NCBI GenBank assembly: GCA_963663765.2
Contig: CAXXUA010000005.1
Span: forward strand, 1,120,001-1,184,000
Direction of reading: 5' to 3'
DNA: 64,000 nt
DNA from: Candidatus Poribacteria bacterium
Lineage (GTDB): Bacteria; Poribacteria; WGA-4E; WGA-3G
The notes below the pieces were generated by a model. It saw only the letters and a program-made list of their open reading frames with translations, was not told the origin of the DNA and did no database searches. The translations under genes and the position numbers were made by a program. Of this stretch, positions 9,230 through 20,018 are shown piece after piece (position 1 is the first letter of the stretch; every line of letters starts with the position of its first letter).

Positions 9230-10258
9230 TTAGATATAACTAATGGGAGTGCCAATTTTACCAATTAAACCGCCACTGGAGACCATCGGATAAACTGGAT
9301 GAGACCAAAATATTCCCTCTGCCGGACTGTGAACGACTTCTACGACCTGTCCAAACACATCACGAATCTCAGCTATCGGTTGACGTGCTTCCAATGGATC
9401 ATACAATTCGACTTTGTAATATACAAATCCACCTTTATTACTGAGGATAGATACAAATTTATTAACAACAATCTGTTTGTCAGGTAATTCAGGTTTTCCA
9501 TCAATGAATTTGTAGTGCTTAAGCACGTTAAGAACACCTTTGACACCTTTGTCGATGCTGGTAGAATCCCATCCGTGCGTACCACCAAGCTCGGGGTCAA
9601 TGGTCGGTATACCAATATCGGGTGCTGCTTGTGCCAGTTGTCCTCTCGGTCCTCTTTGATCCAAAATAAAACCTATACCGAAGACGCGTGCCAATGTAAG
9701 GCAAGCCTTGTGACTTTTATGTTTCTCTCCAACACGTACACGCACCTCATCTATCATCGGTTGCACACCACCTTGATGCAAGTCAATACAGTAGTCAGCT
9801 TGTCGAATTGCTTGCTCAAACAACTGATGCGCGATACGTTCACTTGATGTTCCATCAGAACGCCCAGGAAAACAACGGTTCATCTTTACGTTGTCAACTG
9901 GACTATACGCCTGTTTTGCATGGAAGGCATGCACATTGAGAACCGGGACTATAATAAGTCTACCACATAAGTCAGCGGGGTCAATCTGTTGTAAAATTTC
10001 GTGAACAACAGCAATCCCGTTTAACTCATTTCCATCACTTATCGCTTGAATATAGAGTGTTTTTCCCCGTTGCGTCCCATTGATAAGAACAATAGGCACA
10101 CGTATTGGTGTGCCGTCTGGGAGAATACCGATAGATAAATGTCCTTCGACTTGAGTACCAGGTTCTGCAACAATTGAACCAACGGACAGGTTGTTGGAGT
10201 TCGTTTTACGCATTCGGTTGAGTCTCAATTTTCCTTCTATTCGACTAATTGCTTGCAT
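9230..10258 (-). CDS. Succinylglutamate desuccinylase/aspartoacylase family (M14-like) hydrolase; start may be downstream (e.g. 10213)
   Basis: GNELNG, MNRCFPG, IDLH, PELGG motifs and C-terminal lipoyl-like domain. Confidence 0.85.
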   Translation of the reverse strand: MQAISRIEGKLRLNRMRKTNSNNLSVGSIVAEPGTQVEGHLSIGILPDGTPIRVPIVLINGTQRGKTLYIQAISDGNELNGIAVVHEILQQIDPADLCGRLIIVPVLNVHAFHAKQAYSPVDNVKMNRCFPGRSDGTSSERIAHQLFEQAIRQADYCIDLHQGGVQPMIDEVRVRVGEKHKSHKACLTLARVFGIGFILDQRGPRGQLAQAAPDIGIPTIDPELGGTHGWDSTSIDKGVKGVLNVLKHYKFIDGKPELPDKQIVVNKFVSILSNKGGFVYYKVELYDPLEARQPIAEIRDVFGQVVEVVHSPAEGIFWSHPVYPMVSSGGLIGKIGTPISYI

Positions 10259-10419
10259 TTTAATATAACAGAATTAACGAAAGGTGTCAAGTGGCAGGAT
10301 TATTTAGTTTTCGGTTTTTCTTGTATTATCTTCACAAATGTTAAATTTCCCGTGACGGCAGGTAGGGTTTCCTAACCGTACCATAAACGTCAATTTAAGG
10401 ATTTTGACCTCCTTGTGGG

Positions 10420-12076
10420 CTTTCTTTTACCCATAAGTTTTCAGCTATAGTGTCTATCAAGGTTGTTTAGCTGGTATTGTTTTGTCCAGCCGCTTGAAAG
10501 AGAGCATAGGTGGCAGCAATATCAGAAAGCCTTTTCCATCCTCGCCAGATAACAGTCACCCCCGGATTGCCATCGGACTTGCGTGCTAAAAATCCACCGA
10601 GTTTAGCAATCCAGACAACGACTTCAGACACTCTCGGTATTTTTTCGGGTAAAATTTGGGTCTTATGCGTTATACAGTAAAGTGCTTGCCATTCTATCTC
10701 TGTCAACACGCTCGTGCAATCTACATCCGGTGAGTGCCGATTGATGTGGGTCAGCCAGTAAAGTCGCCACGCAATTACACTCAGCAATGCGATATAGCGT
10801 TCAAGCCGGTCTTTGGTCTGCAAACGAACTGCCTCCGCCTTCATCCCAGATTTGAGCACTTTAAAATAAACTTCAATGTGCCAGCGTTGGCGATACCAGC
10901 TTATCCTTTCAACCGCATCGGCGAAGTCCGACACTTCTACATTTGTTATCAGAAGCCATTCCAAGGGCGTAGCACCCTCAGGCGGGTTTTTCTCTACTAC
11001 CCATACAAGATACACATCTACAGCAGGCAACTCTTGTGATCGTGATGCTTGTGAACGATGTGGTGGGCGAAGCGTCGCTGTTGTAAAATGGACACTCAAG
11101 GTCGCCTCACGAGCAGGTTGAGACGCACGCACTGGCACTTGTGCCGTAATCTCGCCAATAACAGGTTGACTTCTCACCAAATCACTCAGTTTACCGACAT
11201 CAGCAGCAACCACACGATCCTGAGCCGCGCGTATCACAAAAGGCAGTTCTTTTGCCTCTACGAAAAACTCGTAAATATCTGCTTCACGATCACACACACA
11301 AATCACCTCAACATCTGCTAATGTGTCTGAACGCAACGCTGATAATGCCTCAATCCATTTGTAGCTCTCTTTTTCTATGAGCGGTCTGAACTTAGGGGCA
11401 CTTTGAACGGAGGGTTCGCGAACCCAAACTTTATCTGTCAGACACCCTAACGGAAGACCCGCATCACTTACAATGAGGGTCGTGTGTTTGACAAGTCCCT
11501 GAATCTGTTGAGACTTGGTGCCGATTGAACCTAAACCCTCTGTTGCTGGGTGATCAGTGTAATTAAGAAAAGTCGTATCTTGTATCGCAAAAACACGACG
11601 ATTTTTACACATCCGTTCAAGTGTTCTTTCAAAATGCGGTTTGAATATCTTTTCCGATGAGACTTTTTCATTGTCAATTAAACGATAGGCTGCTTTCACT
11701 GACGCCCAATCGCCACACGCAGCGTTGATCGCCGAACCGGGTTGTGCCTCTAAAGCCTCCGCAATGCTGAGCAGCCGTTCATTGAGACGCATATCTCCCA
11801 AATCAAGACCTTCAAACTCTTGACGGCTCCAAGATGCAGATAACTCTTGATCGTTTTCAGGATTGTGTAAAGACATCATTCACTCCTATAGCATAAGCGT
11901 AATAAATGTTTATCGACTTTGTAAATATCACTTTTGAACATAACATATTTGCTTTTGCTATGCAAGGAATATTAGAACTGACTTGAAAACTATACCATCT
12001 TTACCAAAACAACAGACATAACTCAACAAAAAAGAAGATGTTTACTCAATACATCAAACTTATGGGTAAAAGTAAG
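10420..12076 (-). mobile_element. IS4-family (IS50/Tn5-like) insertion sequence, 1657 bp
   Basis: TIR CTTTCTTTTACCCATAAGTTT (10420-10440) vs 12056-12076 (20/21 match); 9-bp direct repeat CCTTGTGGG at 10411-10419 and 12077-12085. Confidence 0.95.
10467..11879 (-). CDS. IS4 family Tn5-like DDE transposase
   Basis: 'WSRQEF..LDLGDMRLNERL' DNA-binding domain; IQDTT, CDREAD, YRQRWHIEVYFK (YREK), IAKLGGFLARKSDGNPG; uninterrupted ORF. Confidence 0.96.
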   Translation of the reverse strand: MMSLHNPENDQELSASWSRQEFEGLDLGDMRLNERLLSIAEALEAQPGSAINAACGDWASVKAAYRLIDNEKVSSEKIFKPHFERTLERMCKNRRVFAIQDTTFLNYTDHPATEGLGSIGTKSQQIQGLVKHTTLIVSDAGLPLGCLTDKVWVREPSVQSAPKFRPLIEKESYKWIEALSALRSDTLADVEVICVCDREADIYEFFVEAKELPFVIRAAQDRVVAADVGKLSDLVRSQPVIGEITAQVPVRASQPAREATLSVHFTTATLRPPHRSQASRSQELPAVDVYLVWVVEKNPPEGATPLEWLLITNVEVSDFADAVERISWYRQRWHIEVYFKVLKSGMKAEAVRLQTKDRLERYIALLSVIAWRLYWLTHINRHSPDVDCTSVLTEIEWQALYCITHKTQILPEKIPRVSEVVVWIAKLGGFLARKSDGNPGVTVIWRGWKRLSDIAATYALFQAAGQNNTS

Positions 12077-12274
12077 CCTTGTGGGAGGGGTTTCCAACCC
12101 CGATTTCTGAATCATGTATGTCGCGAAATGCACACATCAAAATCCCTTGATGAGGTAAATCCTGAAAATCCTGAAAATCTGGAAATCCTGGTTCAGACAA
12201 AAAAACAAAAATTCGCGTAATCCGAGATACAAACAAATGCAAAAAACCATACACAACCACAAACAAAAAGCCAC

Positions 12275-12304
12275 TTGACAAATCTTCAGAAAAAATGATA
12301 AAAT
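12275..12304 (+). promoter_or_regulatory. Putative sigma70 promoter
   Basis: TTGACA-N18-TAAAAT with TG extension, about 30 bp upstream of ATG 12336. Confidence 0.5.
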
Positions 12305-12335
12305 TAAATCCTAAACATAAAGAAAGGAAAACGAT

Positions 12336-13442
12336 ATGGCATCACAAAACGAGTTAAAGTCAATGTTAAACGCACCCATCGCTTTAGCACCAAACACATA
12401 CCTGCACTTCTATAACGGTGGGAAACTTCGCGCCGAATTTATGGGTGAACCCAATCCAAAAGATGATTATTACTCAGAAGAATGGATCTTTTCTACAAAT
12501 AGAGCAATCACACCCGGCAGAGATAACCCACCAGAAAAAGGGTTCAGTATCATACAACTCCCAAGTGGTGAAAAAATCTTACTAAAAAAACTGTTGGACG
12601 CATACCCTGAACAGACACTGGGCAGCGCACACATCGCAAAATTCGGCACCGATTTAGGTGTACTGCTCAAAATATTTGATGTCGGTGAAGGCGCACATAT
12701 ACCCATCCATTGGCACCCAAACCCTGACTTTGCAAAAGAACACCTCGATTCTCCATTCGGAAAAAATGAAGCATGGATACTCATCGGCACACGCCCAGGC
12801 GCAAAGGCATGGATCGGTTGGAAAGAACCAATGGACAAAACCGAATTTCGTAAATTGATGGACGCACAAGATATAGATACACTGCGAAGTCTCATGCACG
12901 TCGTGGAACCCAAAGTCGGAGAAGTCTATTTCTTACGCACACCAATCGTACACTCACTCGGTACAGGACTCTGTGTACTGGAACCACAAGAACCAACTGA
13001 TTGGAACATCCTCGCAGAATGGGAAGGTTTCCCTTTCGGTAAAGAAGATGGACACCTCGGTCTCGGTTGGGATTTAGCAGTAGACGCCGCTGAATTCGAT
13101 AAACTGGAATTGGATTATCTCAATAACTACATTCGGCGCACACCGGAACTTGTCCGAGCAGAAGGTGAAAACCGAGAAGACCGAATCGTTCCAGAGGAAG
13201 CATTAAAATACTTCGGATGTTCACGATTGACCGTCCGCTCAACACTCAGTATGCCTGCAGGAAAAGGGTTCTACGCACTCGTTACATTAGGTGGCGAAGG
13301 TGCACTACGAGGTGATTTTGAAGATGTCCCACTAAAACGCGGTAAATCCGTTTTCATTCCGCGTTGTCTGTCCAGTTATGACATCGTAAGCACAGGGGAT
13401 ACACCGATGGAAGTTATCTGTTGCTATCCACCAAACCTTTAG
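12336..13442 (+). CDS. Class I mannose-6-phosphate isomerase-like cupin
   Basis: EEW, LLKIFD, IHWHP, GKNEAW, VHSLG, EPQEPTD. Confidence 0.82.
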   Translation: MASQNELKSMLNAPIALAPNTYLHFYNGGKLRAEFMGEPNPKDDYYSEEWIFSTNRAITPGRDNPPEKGFSIIQLPSGEKILLKKLLDAYPEQTLGSAHIAKFGTDLGVLLKIFDVGEGAHIPIHWHPNPDFAKEHLDSPFGKNEAWILIGTRPGAKAWIGWKEPMDKTEFRKLMDAQDIDTLRSLMHVVEPKVGEVYFLRTPIVHSLGTGLCVLEPQEPTDWNILAEWEGFPFGKEDGHLGLGWDLAVDAAEFDKLELDYLNNYIRRTPELVRAEGENREDRIVPEEALKYFGCSRLTVRSTLSMPAGKGFYALVTLGGEGALRGDFEDVPLKRGKSVFIPRCLSSYDIVSTGDTPMEVICCYPPNL

Positions 13443-13481
13443 TGTTCTACAGTATACTCAGATACACAACATTAGCATACA

Positions 13482-14741
13482 ATGTTAGACTTTAAACCTC
13501 CTAAACCTAATTTGTCGGTAATAAAGGTTGCCAGTGCAATCATGCCGTTATACAATCGGTTGTATCTGAAGGGGTTGACTTTAGATATTGATGCGGAGTC
13601 TATAGCTCGGTTAAAAGCAACTCAGGGATACTCCACGTTAATTTCTCCTAACCACGCGGCCTCTGCTGATCCGATAGTAATGTTTCTGTTGTCTAAACAT
13701 TTATCGCAGCCGTTTTACTATATGGCGGCAAGAGAAACTTATGGTAAGGGTGTATTTAAAGGGTTTCGGGGGTTTCTAATGCAACGTCTCGGAGTTTATT
13801 CGGTAGTTCGCGGTACTGCGGATAGAAATGCATTCAGAACAACCCGCCAAGTGTTATCTGAGGGAAGATGGCCACTTGTGATCTTTGGTGAAGGTGAAAT
13901 ATCGCAACAGAATGACACGGTGATGCGTTTTGAAAGGGGGGCTATCCAACTCTGTTTCTGGGCAATGGACGACATGAAGAAAGCAGAAATTGAAAAACCA
14001 CTTTATGTCGTCCCACTCGGTATCAAATATCGGTATACAAAAAATATGTGGAACGACATTGATTCTGCATTGACCGCATTGGAACGGAATATACTTCCAT
14101 CCAAAGCACGCACACCAGTAGAACGATACCAACGACTGAGACGTATCGGAATCGCTGTCCTGAAAACGCTTGCAGATGAATACCAATACAAAGTCGACCC
14201 ATCCGCTTCGCTCAACGAACATATTCAAGGACTAAAGGAACAGATACTATCACACGCAGAAAAAATAATGGGTATCCAGTCCGACAACGATGTCCTAACT
14301 CGTGTACGCTCCTTGAAAAATCTCGTTGATGCTGAAGTATATAGAGATGTTGAACAGATGACCGAGTATGAACGAAAAATACATGAAGAACAACTTCAGA
14401 AATTTCAACAATTCTATCCTGATTTGAATAGACTAATTAACTTCATCGCAATTTCCGATGGGTATGTCGCAGAAGAACATTCTCCAGAACGTTACCTTGA
14501 AGTTATATTTAGGTTGGAAAGAGAAGTTTTTGGAATAGCAAAGATGCAAGGACCGCGTGTTGCTTCAATCCGTGTTGGTGTCCCCAATAACCTCATGGAA
14601 CACTATGATGCATACAAATCACACAAAAAAGAGACTGTTGAGAAAATTACAACCGAACTTGAAACTGAAGTACAAAACTTGATTACAGATTTGTCATCAG
14701 AACATAATCTAACACAGGAAAGAAATGTAGAAAATGACTAA
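13482..14741 (+). CDS. 1-acyl-sn-glycerol-3-phosphate acyltransferase family protein
   Basis: NHAASAD (HX4D), YMAARE, GVYSVVRG, IFGEGE motifs. Confidence 0.85.
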   Translation: MLDFKPPKPNLSVIKVASAIMPLYNRLYLKGLTLDIDAESIARLKATQGYSTLISPNHAASADPIVMFLLSKHLSQPFYYMAARETYGKGVFKGFRGFLMQRLGVYSVVRGTADRNAFRTTRQVLSEGRWPLVIFGEGEISQQNDTVMRFERGAIQLCFWAMDDMKKAEIEKPLYVVPLGIKYRYTKNMWNDIDSALTALERNILPSKARTPVERYQRLRRIGIAVLKTLADEYQYKVDPSASLNEHIQGLKEQILSHAEKIMGIQSDNDVLTRVRSLKNLVDAEVYRDVEQMTEYERKIHEEQLQKFQQFYPDLNRLINFIAISDGYVAEEHSPERYLEVIFRLEREVFGIAKMQGPRVASIRVGVPNNLMEHYDAYKSHKKETVEKITTELETEVQNLITDLSSEHNLTQERNVEND

Positions 14742-14806
14742 GTTGATTGATGAGGTCTCTTAACCTCGTTATACAAAATGACTAACTTATTTTAAAATCT
14801 ACTTTA

Positions 14807-14964
14807 CAGGACTTACGCAGTTTTCATGATTTGATGAAGAATTATGACGAAAATGGTGTAATTTTCAGCATTTTTTCGGTTTCCAGCGCGCTTACAAAGC
14901 GCCAAATCAACGGTATGAATGCCATTTAGGCATTCACCGCCTACCGTTGGGTGCGTAAGTCCTG
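14807..14964. mobile_element. MITE-like element with CAGGACTTACGCA TIRs
   Basis: CAGGACTTACGCA...TGCGTAAGTCCTG; internal GAATGCC-N5-GGCATTC hairpin; related full copy at 61190-61354; no clear TSD. Confidence 0.78.
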
Positions 14965-15006
14965 TTTTTAATAAAGTTCTTATATAAATTCCTATAGGAG
15001 GAAAAC

Positions 15007-15921
15007 ATGCCAAAAAAATTGTCTATTGGAAGTTGGGCGTACGCATTTGGACCCTACGAAGAGAATCCTGTCCCATTTGACGATGTCGTCAAACGCCTCG
15101 GAGAGCTTGAGTTCGACGGTATTGAAATCGGGGCATTTAAACCACATATCGACATCAACGATTACCCGATGAAAAGTGACCGAGATGCTGTTAAAGGATT
15201 GATCAGCTACTATGGATTGGAAGTTTCTGGATTAGCAGCAGACTTCTGGTCACACGACGCTCCTGCATCTGACGAAGCACAAGAGGATGACAAATACTAT
15301 AAATTATTTAGACAAAACCTGCAACTTGCGCTCGATCTCGGTTCCCCTTCAATACGCGTAGATACTGTCACCGATGCCGAAACAGACGTTCCTGGCGTAG
15401 AACGAGAGAAAGCATGGGATCGGATTGTAACACTCTGGAGACGTTGCGCACAAGTCGCTGAAGACCACGGTGTACTAATGCTCTGGGAATTTGAACCAGG
15501 ATTCATGTTCAACAAACCGAGTGACATCATCAATCTACCAAAAGATGTGGATCACCCAAATTTCAAAGTCATGTTTGACACATGCCACGCACAGATGTGC
15601 GCAACAGTGGGCGCACGGCAGGTCGGAGAAAAGGAAACACTCGGTGAAAATGGCGTAATTGAACTCGCACGGCAACTCAAAGGAGAAATCGGGCATTTCC
15701 ACCTCATCGACTCCGACAACTCCCTACACGATGACCACACCAGCACACATGCACCCTTCGGAGACGGTGTCCTGGACTTTGACGCAATTATACCAGTCAT
15801 CATGGACGAAACAGGTTATGATGGTGAATGGTTCTCAATCGACCTCTGTTTCTGGCCCAATGCATGGGAAGTCACTGAAGATGCAAAGAAATTCCTAACA
15901 CCTTATTTGGAAAGATATTAA
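15007..15921 (+). CDS. Sugar phosphate isomerase/epimerase (TIM barrel)
   Basis: FDGIE, WEFEPG, MFDTCH, HLIDSD, HAPFGDG; AGGAGG SD. Confidence 0.88.
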   Translation: MPKKLSIGSWAYAFGPYEENPVPFDDVVKRLGELEFDGIEIGAFKPHIDINDYPMKSDRDAVKGLISYYGLEVSGLAADFWSHDAPASDEAQEDDKYYKLFRQNLQLALDLGSPSIRVDTVTDAETDVPGVEREKAWDRIVTLWRRCAQVAEDHGVLMLWEFEPGFMFNKPSDIINLPKDVDHPNFKVMFDTCHAQMCATVGARQVGEKETLGENGVIELARQLKGEIGHFHLIDSDNSLHDDHTSTHAPFGDGVLDFDAIIPVIMDETGYDGEWFSIDLCFWPNAWEVTEDAKKFLTPYLERY

Positions 15922-15985
15922 GGCATTACCAAAACAGAAATGACGCGGTTTAATGAAGATTAACAAACTGATTCGGTAATTCTAT

Positions 15986-16138
15986 CTAGTGCTTAGTCAA
16001 CATACTATTGTAGGTCGCGATTCGGAGATCGTTCCTACAGAAGTCTTGTGTATTGTGTGTATTGTGTGTATTGTAGGAGGGAACTCCGATTCCCGACTAC
16101 TTTTTAGACCCATCAATAAACACTTGACTAAGCACTAG
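15986..16138. mobile_element. MITE-like shell enclosing GTAG-type REPs and a 9-bp x3 microsatellite
   Basis: Perfect 15-bp IR CTAGTGCTTAGTCAA / TTGACTAAGCACTAG; inside are GTAGGTCGCGATTCGGAGATCGTTCCTAC and GTAGGAGGGAACTCCGATTCCC. Confidence 0.7.
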
Positions 16139-16226
16139 CCTACCGTGTGAGAAATATGTTTTTACCCAATTAATTTATTAATCTTCATCACACCGCGCCT
16201 ACAAAAGAAAATAATGAGTTACCGCA

Positions 16227-16649
16227 GTGAAAAAAGGGAAAAAACGAAAAAAACGGAAACGCGGTGCGGCTTCTCGCGCAGGGTTACGCAACAAAGAACA
16301 AGTCCAAAGAAGACTGCAACGGTTAAAGGACCTCAGAGAACAGAATTTGCATCACTACCAAAGCATACTTGAAAAGTATACGCTTTCATTGGAAGAAAAA
16401 GATTATTTAGAGTTAGAGTGGGTCATCGCTTTGCAACTCATCGTTGACTACGAAGATGCAACACCAGAAGCATTGCGTAATCTGGATATAGAAACATATA
16501 CCTCAATACATATTAGTGATTTAGTAATAGACAGGGATATTACTGAGAATTTTTATCGAGCAAGTTTTGATTTGGGAAATGCTTTGGGACTAGCCCTAAT
16601 TACAATTGACAAGAATGAAAACATAAACGGTGAAATGATCATCTATTAA
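16227..16649 (+). CDS. Hypothetical protein with a very basic N-terminus
   Basis: 140-aa ORF, GTG start, upstream of nadC. Confidence 0.55.
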   Translation: MKKGKKRKKRKRGAASRAGLRNKEQVQRRLQRLKDLREQNLHHYQSILEKYTLSLEEKDYLELEWVIALQLIVDYEDATPEALRNLDIETYTSIHISDLVIDRDITENFYRASFDLGNALGLALITIDKNENINGEMIIY

Positions 16650-16719
16650 AGATGATTCAAATAGAGAAAACGACAATAATTTTCTGTTTAGAAACAACTT
16701 AACACTCTTAGAGTAATCA

Positions 16720-17565
16720 ATGCTTAACTTGCCTTCATTAGATCACTTAATTGAACTCGCTTTTGCTGAGGACATCGGGATAGGTGATATTACTACAGAA
16801 GCAACAGTTCCTCCATTTCAACAGGCGGAAGGCACTTTCATTGCAAAAAGTGATGGTATTATTGCTGGTCTACCCGTTGTAGAACAGACCTTCAATAAAC
16901 TTGATTCCAAACTTGACTGCTGTGCTTTGGTCAGTGAAGGCGACTCAGTCGCTACCAATTCACCTATCGCGGAGATAAAAGGAAACGCAAAAAACATACT
17001 CATCGGTGAACGAACCGCACTGAACTTCCTACAACGCTTATCAGGTGTGGCTACATTAACATCGCAATTTGTCAATGCAGTTGCAGACTATGATGCAAAA
17101 ATAGTTGACACACGAAAGACAACACCCGGATGGCGGGCACTTCAAAAATATGCAGTCCGTGTCGGTGGTGGACATAATCACCGTTTTGGTCTTTATGACG
17201 GTATACTCATCAAAGATAATCACATCGTCGCAGCTGGAGGAATACACAATGCTGTGCTACGAGCACGGAATACCGCACCTCACACTGCAAAGATAGAAGT
17301 TGAAGTTGAAAACATGGAACAAGTCAAAGAAGCTCTTGAGGTTGGTGCAGACATCCTGCTACTTGACAACATGACAGTTGAGATGATGCAGCAGGTTGTT
17401 CAACACATTGGCAAACGCGCTATCACTGAAGCTTCCGGTGGAATCACTTTGGAACAGGTACAAGCTGTCGCTGCAACAGGTGTTGATCTTATCTCTGTCG
17501 GGGCTTTGACGCATTCTGCAATGCCGATGGATATTAGTCTTACGTTAATGCTTGTTGGAGTATAA
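16720..17565 (+). CDS. nadC: Nicotinate-nucleotide diphosphorylase (carboxylating)
   Basis: ED..GDITT, ERTALNFLQRLSG, DTRKTTPG, HRFGLYD, IKDNH, LLDNM, EASGG, SVGALTHS. Confidence 0.97.
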   Translation: MLNLPSLDHLIELAFAEDIGIGDITTEATVPPFQQAEGTFIAKSDGIIAGLPVVEQTFNKLDSKLDCCALVSEGDSVATNSPIAEIKGNAKNILIGERTALNFLQRLSGVATLTSQFVNAVADYDAKIVDTRKTTPGWRALQKYAVRVGGGHNHRFGLYDGILIKDNHIVAAGGIHNAVLRARNTAPHTAKIEVEVENMEQVKEALEVGADILLLDNMTVEMMQQVVQHIGKRAITEASGGITLEQVQAVAATGVDLISVGALTHSAMPMDISLTLMLVGV

Positions 17566-17621
17566 TATTCATGCTGAATACATTCCTTCACAACGCATAA
17601 AACAAGGAAAAACATATAATA

Positions 17622-18710
17622 ATGCAAGCACCAATGAGCCGCGATAATATGATTCGGGGTGCTATTCTATTTACGTTATTTACGTTAACTGGATTATTCC
17701 TAAGTTTTTTATGGAGTGATACACAAGATTTACAAAGCAGAGCCAAAGAATTACAGCAAGTTTTTCAGGAGATGCAGTATGAATTTTTACTTCTCGTGTT
17801 TGTGTTTACGCTCGTGGATTGGTTGTGTGCGGGTCTCCGATTCCACATTTTCATTATAATCGTAACTCCAACAATGAAATTCCGCGATAGCTTTCGTGCT
17901 ATTTTAGCTACAATCTGTGTATCTGCTATCACGCCATTTCAAACAGGCGGTGTCGGTCATCTATATATATATTCTCGTGCTGGCGCGCCACTATCAGGCG
18001 CAATAACAGCAGGTATCGCTGCATTTCTCTCTACTATGGTCGTTTTAATCCTCTCTGCTGTTGCAATATTGATGATAGATCCAAATCCAAATATCATGCC
18101 AGCAGAAACAACTTTGTTCAGTTTATTTAGTTTTCTGATATTTGGGATAGTATTTTTAGTCTTCGTTCTATTACTTTTAAAACCAGAAATTGTTCTCCGA
18201 TTTTTTCACTGGTTATGTGAACATATAGGGAGAAGATTTTCCTCCATCACACCTTTCTTAGAACGTGCAAAGTCAAAAGTAGAACAAATTACCACTGAAC
18301 ACAAAACATTTGCCATAACGCTGCTGCGCAACCATAAATGGACATGCGGGTTCAGTTTATTCCTTACTTGTGCGTTCATCGGAGCAAGAATCGTGGGAGG
18401 ATACTACGTATTAAAAGCATTTGGTACAGACGCTTCCCTATGGGACCTGTGTGTCGTTGAAATGTTATATAACTTTGGTGTTCTGTTTGCACCAACACCT
18501 GGGGCAAGCGGATTCGCAGAGGTGGGAAAAAACTTATTGATGAAAAATCTTCTCACTGCGAAATATATTACTCCTTTTGTTCTCCTGACGCGATTTTTCA
18601 CCATCTATATTGCTGTCGTGATTGGAGGTATTATAATCGCTATGCAAATTGCAAAGGACTTAAGAAAGGGTAAAGAGAAGTTAGCTAAAAACGCTATACA
18701 ACAAACGTAA
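17622..18710 (+). CDS. Lysylphosphatidylglycerol synthase TM-region (flippase-like) protein
   Basis: Multi-TM; ITPFQTGG, PTPGASGFAE, LLTRFFT. Confidence 0.82.
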   Translation: MQAPMSRDNMIRGAILFTLFTLTGLFLSFLWSDTQDLQSRAKELQQVFQEMQYEFLLLVFVFTLVDWLCAGLRFHIFIIIVTPTMKFRDSFRAILATICVSAITPFQTGGVGHLYIYSRAGAPLSGAITAGIAAFLSTMVVLILSAVAILMIDPNPNIMPAETTLFSLFSFLIFGIVFLVFVLLLLKPEIVLRFFHWLCEHIGRRFSSITPFLERAKSKVEQITTEHKTFAITLLRNHKWTCGFSLFLTCAFIGARIVGGYYVLKAFGTDASLWDLCVVEMLYNFGVLFAPTPGASGFAEVGKNLLMKNLLTAKYITPFVLLTRFFTIYIAVVIGGIIIAMQIAKDLRKGKEKLAKNAIQQT

Positions 18711-18775
18711 GTTTAGAGATAATAGACATCATAATGATGTAATCTAACTTGTAGGTCAGACTGAGCGAAGCGAAA

Positions 18776-18956
18776 CCCATAGGTGTCAACTTAAGAAAAA
18801 AGTGTTGGCATATTCTCTTGTGGGAGGGGTTTTTAACCCCGATTTGAGTGGAAATGAACATAAAATCCAAATCAACGTCAGAAGCGCGTTTGGCTTCTGA
18901 CGGGGTTGAAAACCCCTCCCACAAGAGGTCAAATTCCTTAAGTTGTCACCTCTGGG
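18776..18956. mobile_element. MITE-like shell with internal TGTGGGAGGGG REP doublet
   Basis: IR CCCATAGGTGTCAACTTAAG / CTTAAGTTGTCACCTCTGGG (18/20); inside is CTCTTGTGGGAGGGGTTTTTAACCCCG...CGGGGTTGAAAACCCCTCCCACAAGAG; flanked by GAGCGAAGC.AAACCC REP-like sequences. Confidence 0.72.
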
Positions 18957-19100
18957 TTGAGCGAAGCAAAACCCGACTTTTACCAATGAATAAGCAATAC
19001 AGGTCTGGTTCGTTCCTCAACCCGACCTACAAGATAAGCAAGGACAGACCAATAAGTGCCTAATTACTTACATATTTCACCATAATCTGAAAGGAGAATC

Positions 19101-20018
19101 ATGGCTAACAAAATTGAAAAAGTTGATCCCAAAACAACAAAACTCGGTTGGATCGGAACAGGAGTCATGGGTAGATGGATGTGTCAACACCTAATGGATC
19201 TCGGTTACGACATGACTGTTTATAACCGCACACAATCAAAGGCACTACCTCTCATTGAGGAGGGCGCGAATTGGGCAGATTCACCACATGACGTGGCTGC
19301 TGTATCAGATGTCGTCTTTACGATTGTCGGATTCCCACCAGACGTTCGCGAAGTATACCTTGGCGCTGAAGGTATCTTGAAAGGGACAAAAGCGGGTAGC
19401 ATAATCGTTGATATGACAACAACTGAACCCTCCCTTGCACAAGAAATCTACGAGAAAGCCAAAAAGCAGAATGTCTCATCTGTGGATGCACCTGTTTCGG
19501 GGGGTGATGTCGGTGCACGCGAGGCACGTCTCTCAATCATGGTCGGAGGTGATGACGCAGCGGTGCAAACTGTTATGCCGCTCTTCTCTGCTATGGGTAA
19601 GAACATTGTGCATCAAGGGGGTGCAGGCGCAGGTCAACATACCAAAATGTGTAATCAAATTACCATCTCTGGCACAATGATTGGTGTCTGTGAGGGGTTA
19701 ATCTATGGACACAAAGCGGGTTTGGACTTAGAAACGATGCTATCTTCAATCAGTGGAGGTGCAGCAGCATGTTGGTCGTTGGATAACTTGGCACCGCGTG
19801 TTCTCAAGCGAGACTTTGACCCCGGTTTCTTTGTTGAACATTTCATCAAAGATATGAGCATCGCATTAGATGAGGCACGAAATATGAACCTAAGCCTACC
19901 CGGACTCGCTTTAGTTCATCAACTCTATACTGCCGTGCAAGCACAAGGACACGGACGTTTAGGCACACAAGCCTTGCTCCTTGCATTAGAACAAATGTCC
20001 GGCACTGAAGTAAATTAA
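19101..20018 (+). CDS. NAD(P)-dependent beta-hydroxyacid dehydrogenase (3-hydroxyisobutyrate dehydrogenase family)
   Basis: [32 protein letters not shown]. Confidence 0.92.
   Translation: MANKIEKVDPKTTKLGWIGTGVMGRWMCQHLMDLGYDMTVYNRTQSKALPLIEEGANWADSPHDVAAVSDVVFTIVGFPPDVREVYLGAEGILKGTKAGSIIVDMTTTEPSLAQEIYEKAKKQNVSSVDAPVSGGDVGAREARLSIMVGGDDAAVQTVMPLFSAMGKNIVHQGGAGAGQHTKMCNQITISGTMIGVCEGLIYGHKAGLDLETMLSSISGGAAACWSLDNLAPRVLKRDFDPGFFVEHFIKDMSIALDEARNMNLSLPGLALVHQLYTAVQAQGHGRLGTQALLLALEQMSGTEVN

Noticed and set aside
12038-12281. Short ORFs at the IS end and over repeat regions (also 14813-15013, 18694-19063, 29009-29254)
   Set aside because: They are translations of non-coding TIR/REP sequences
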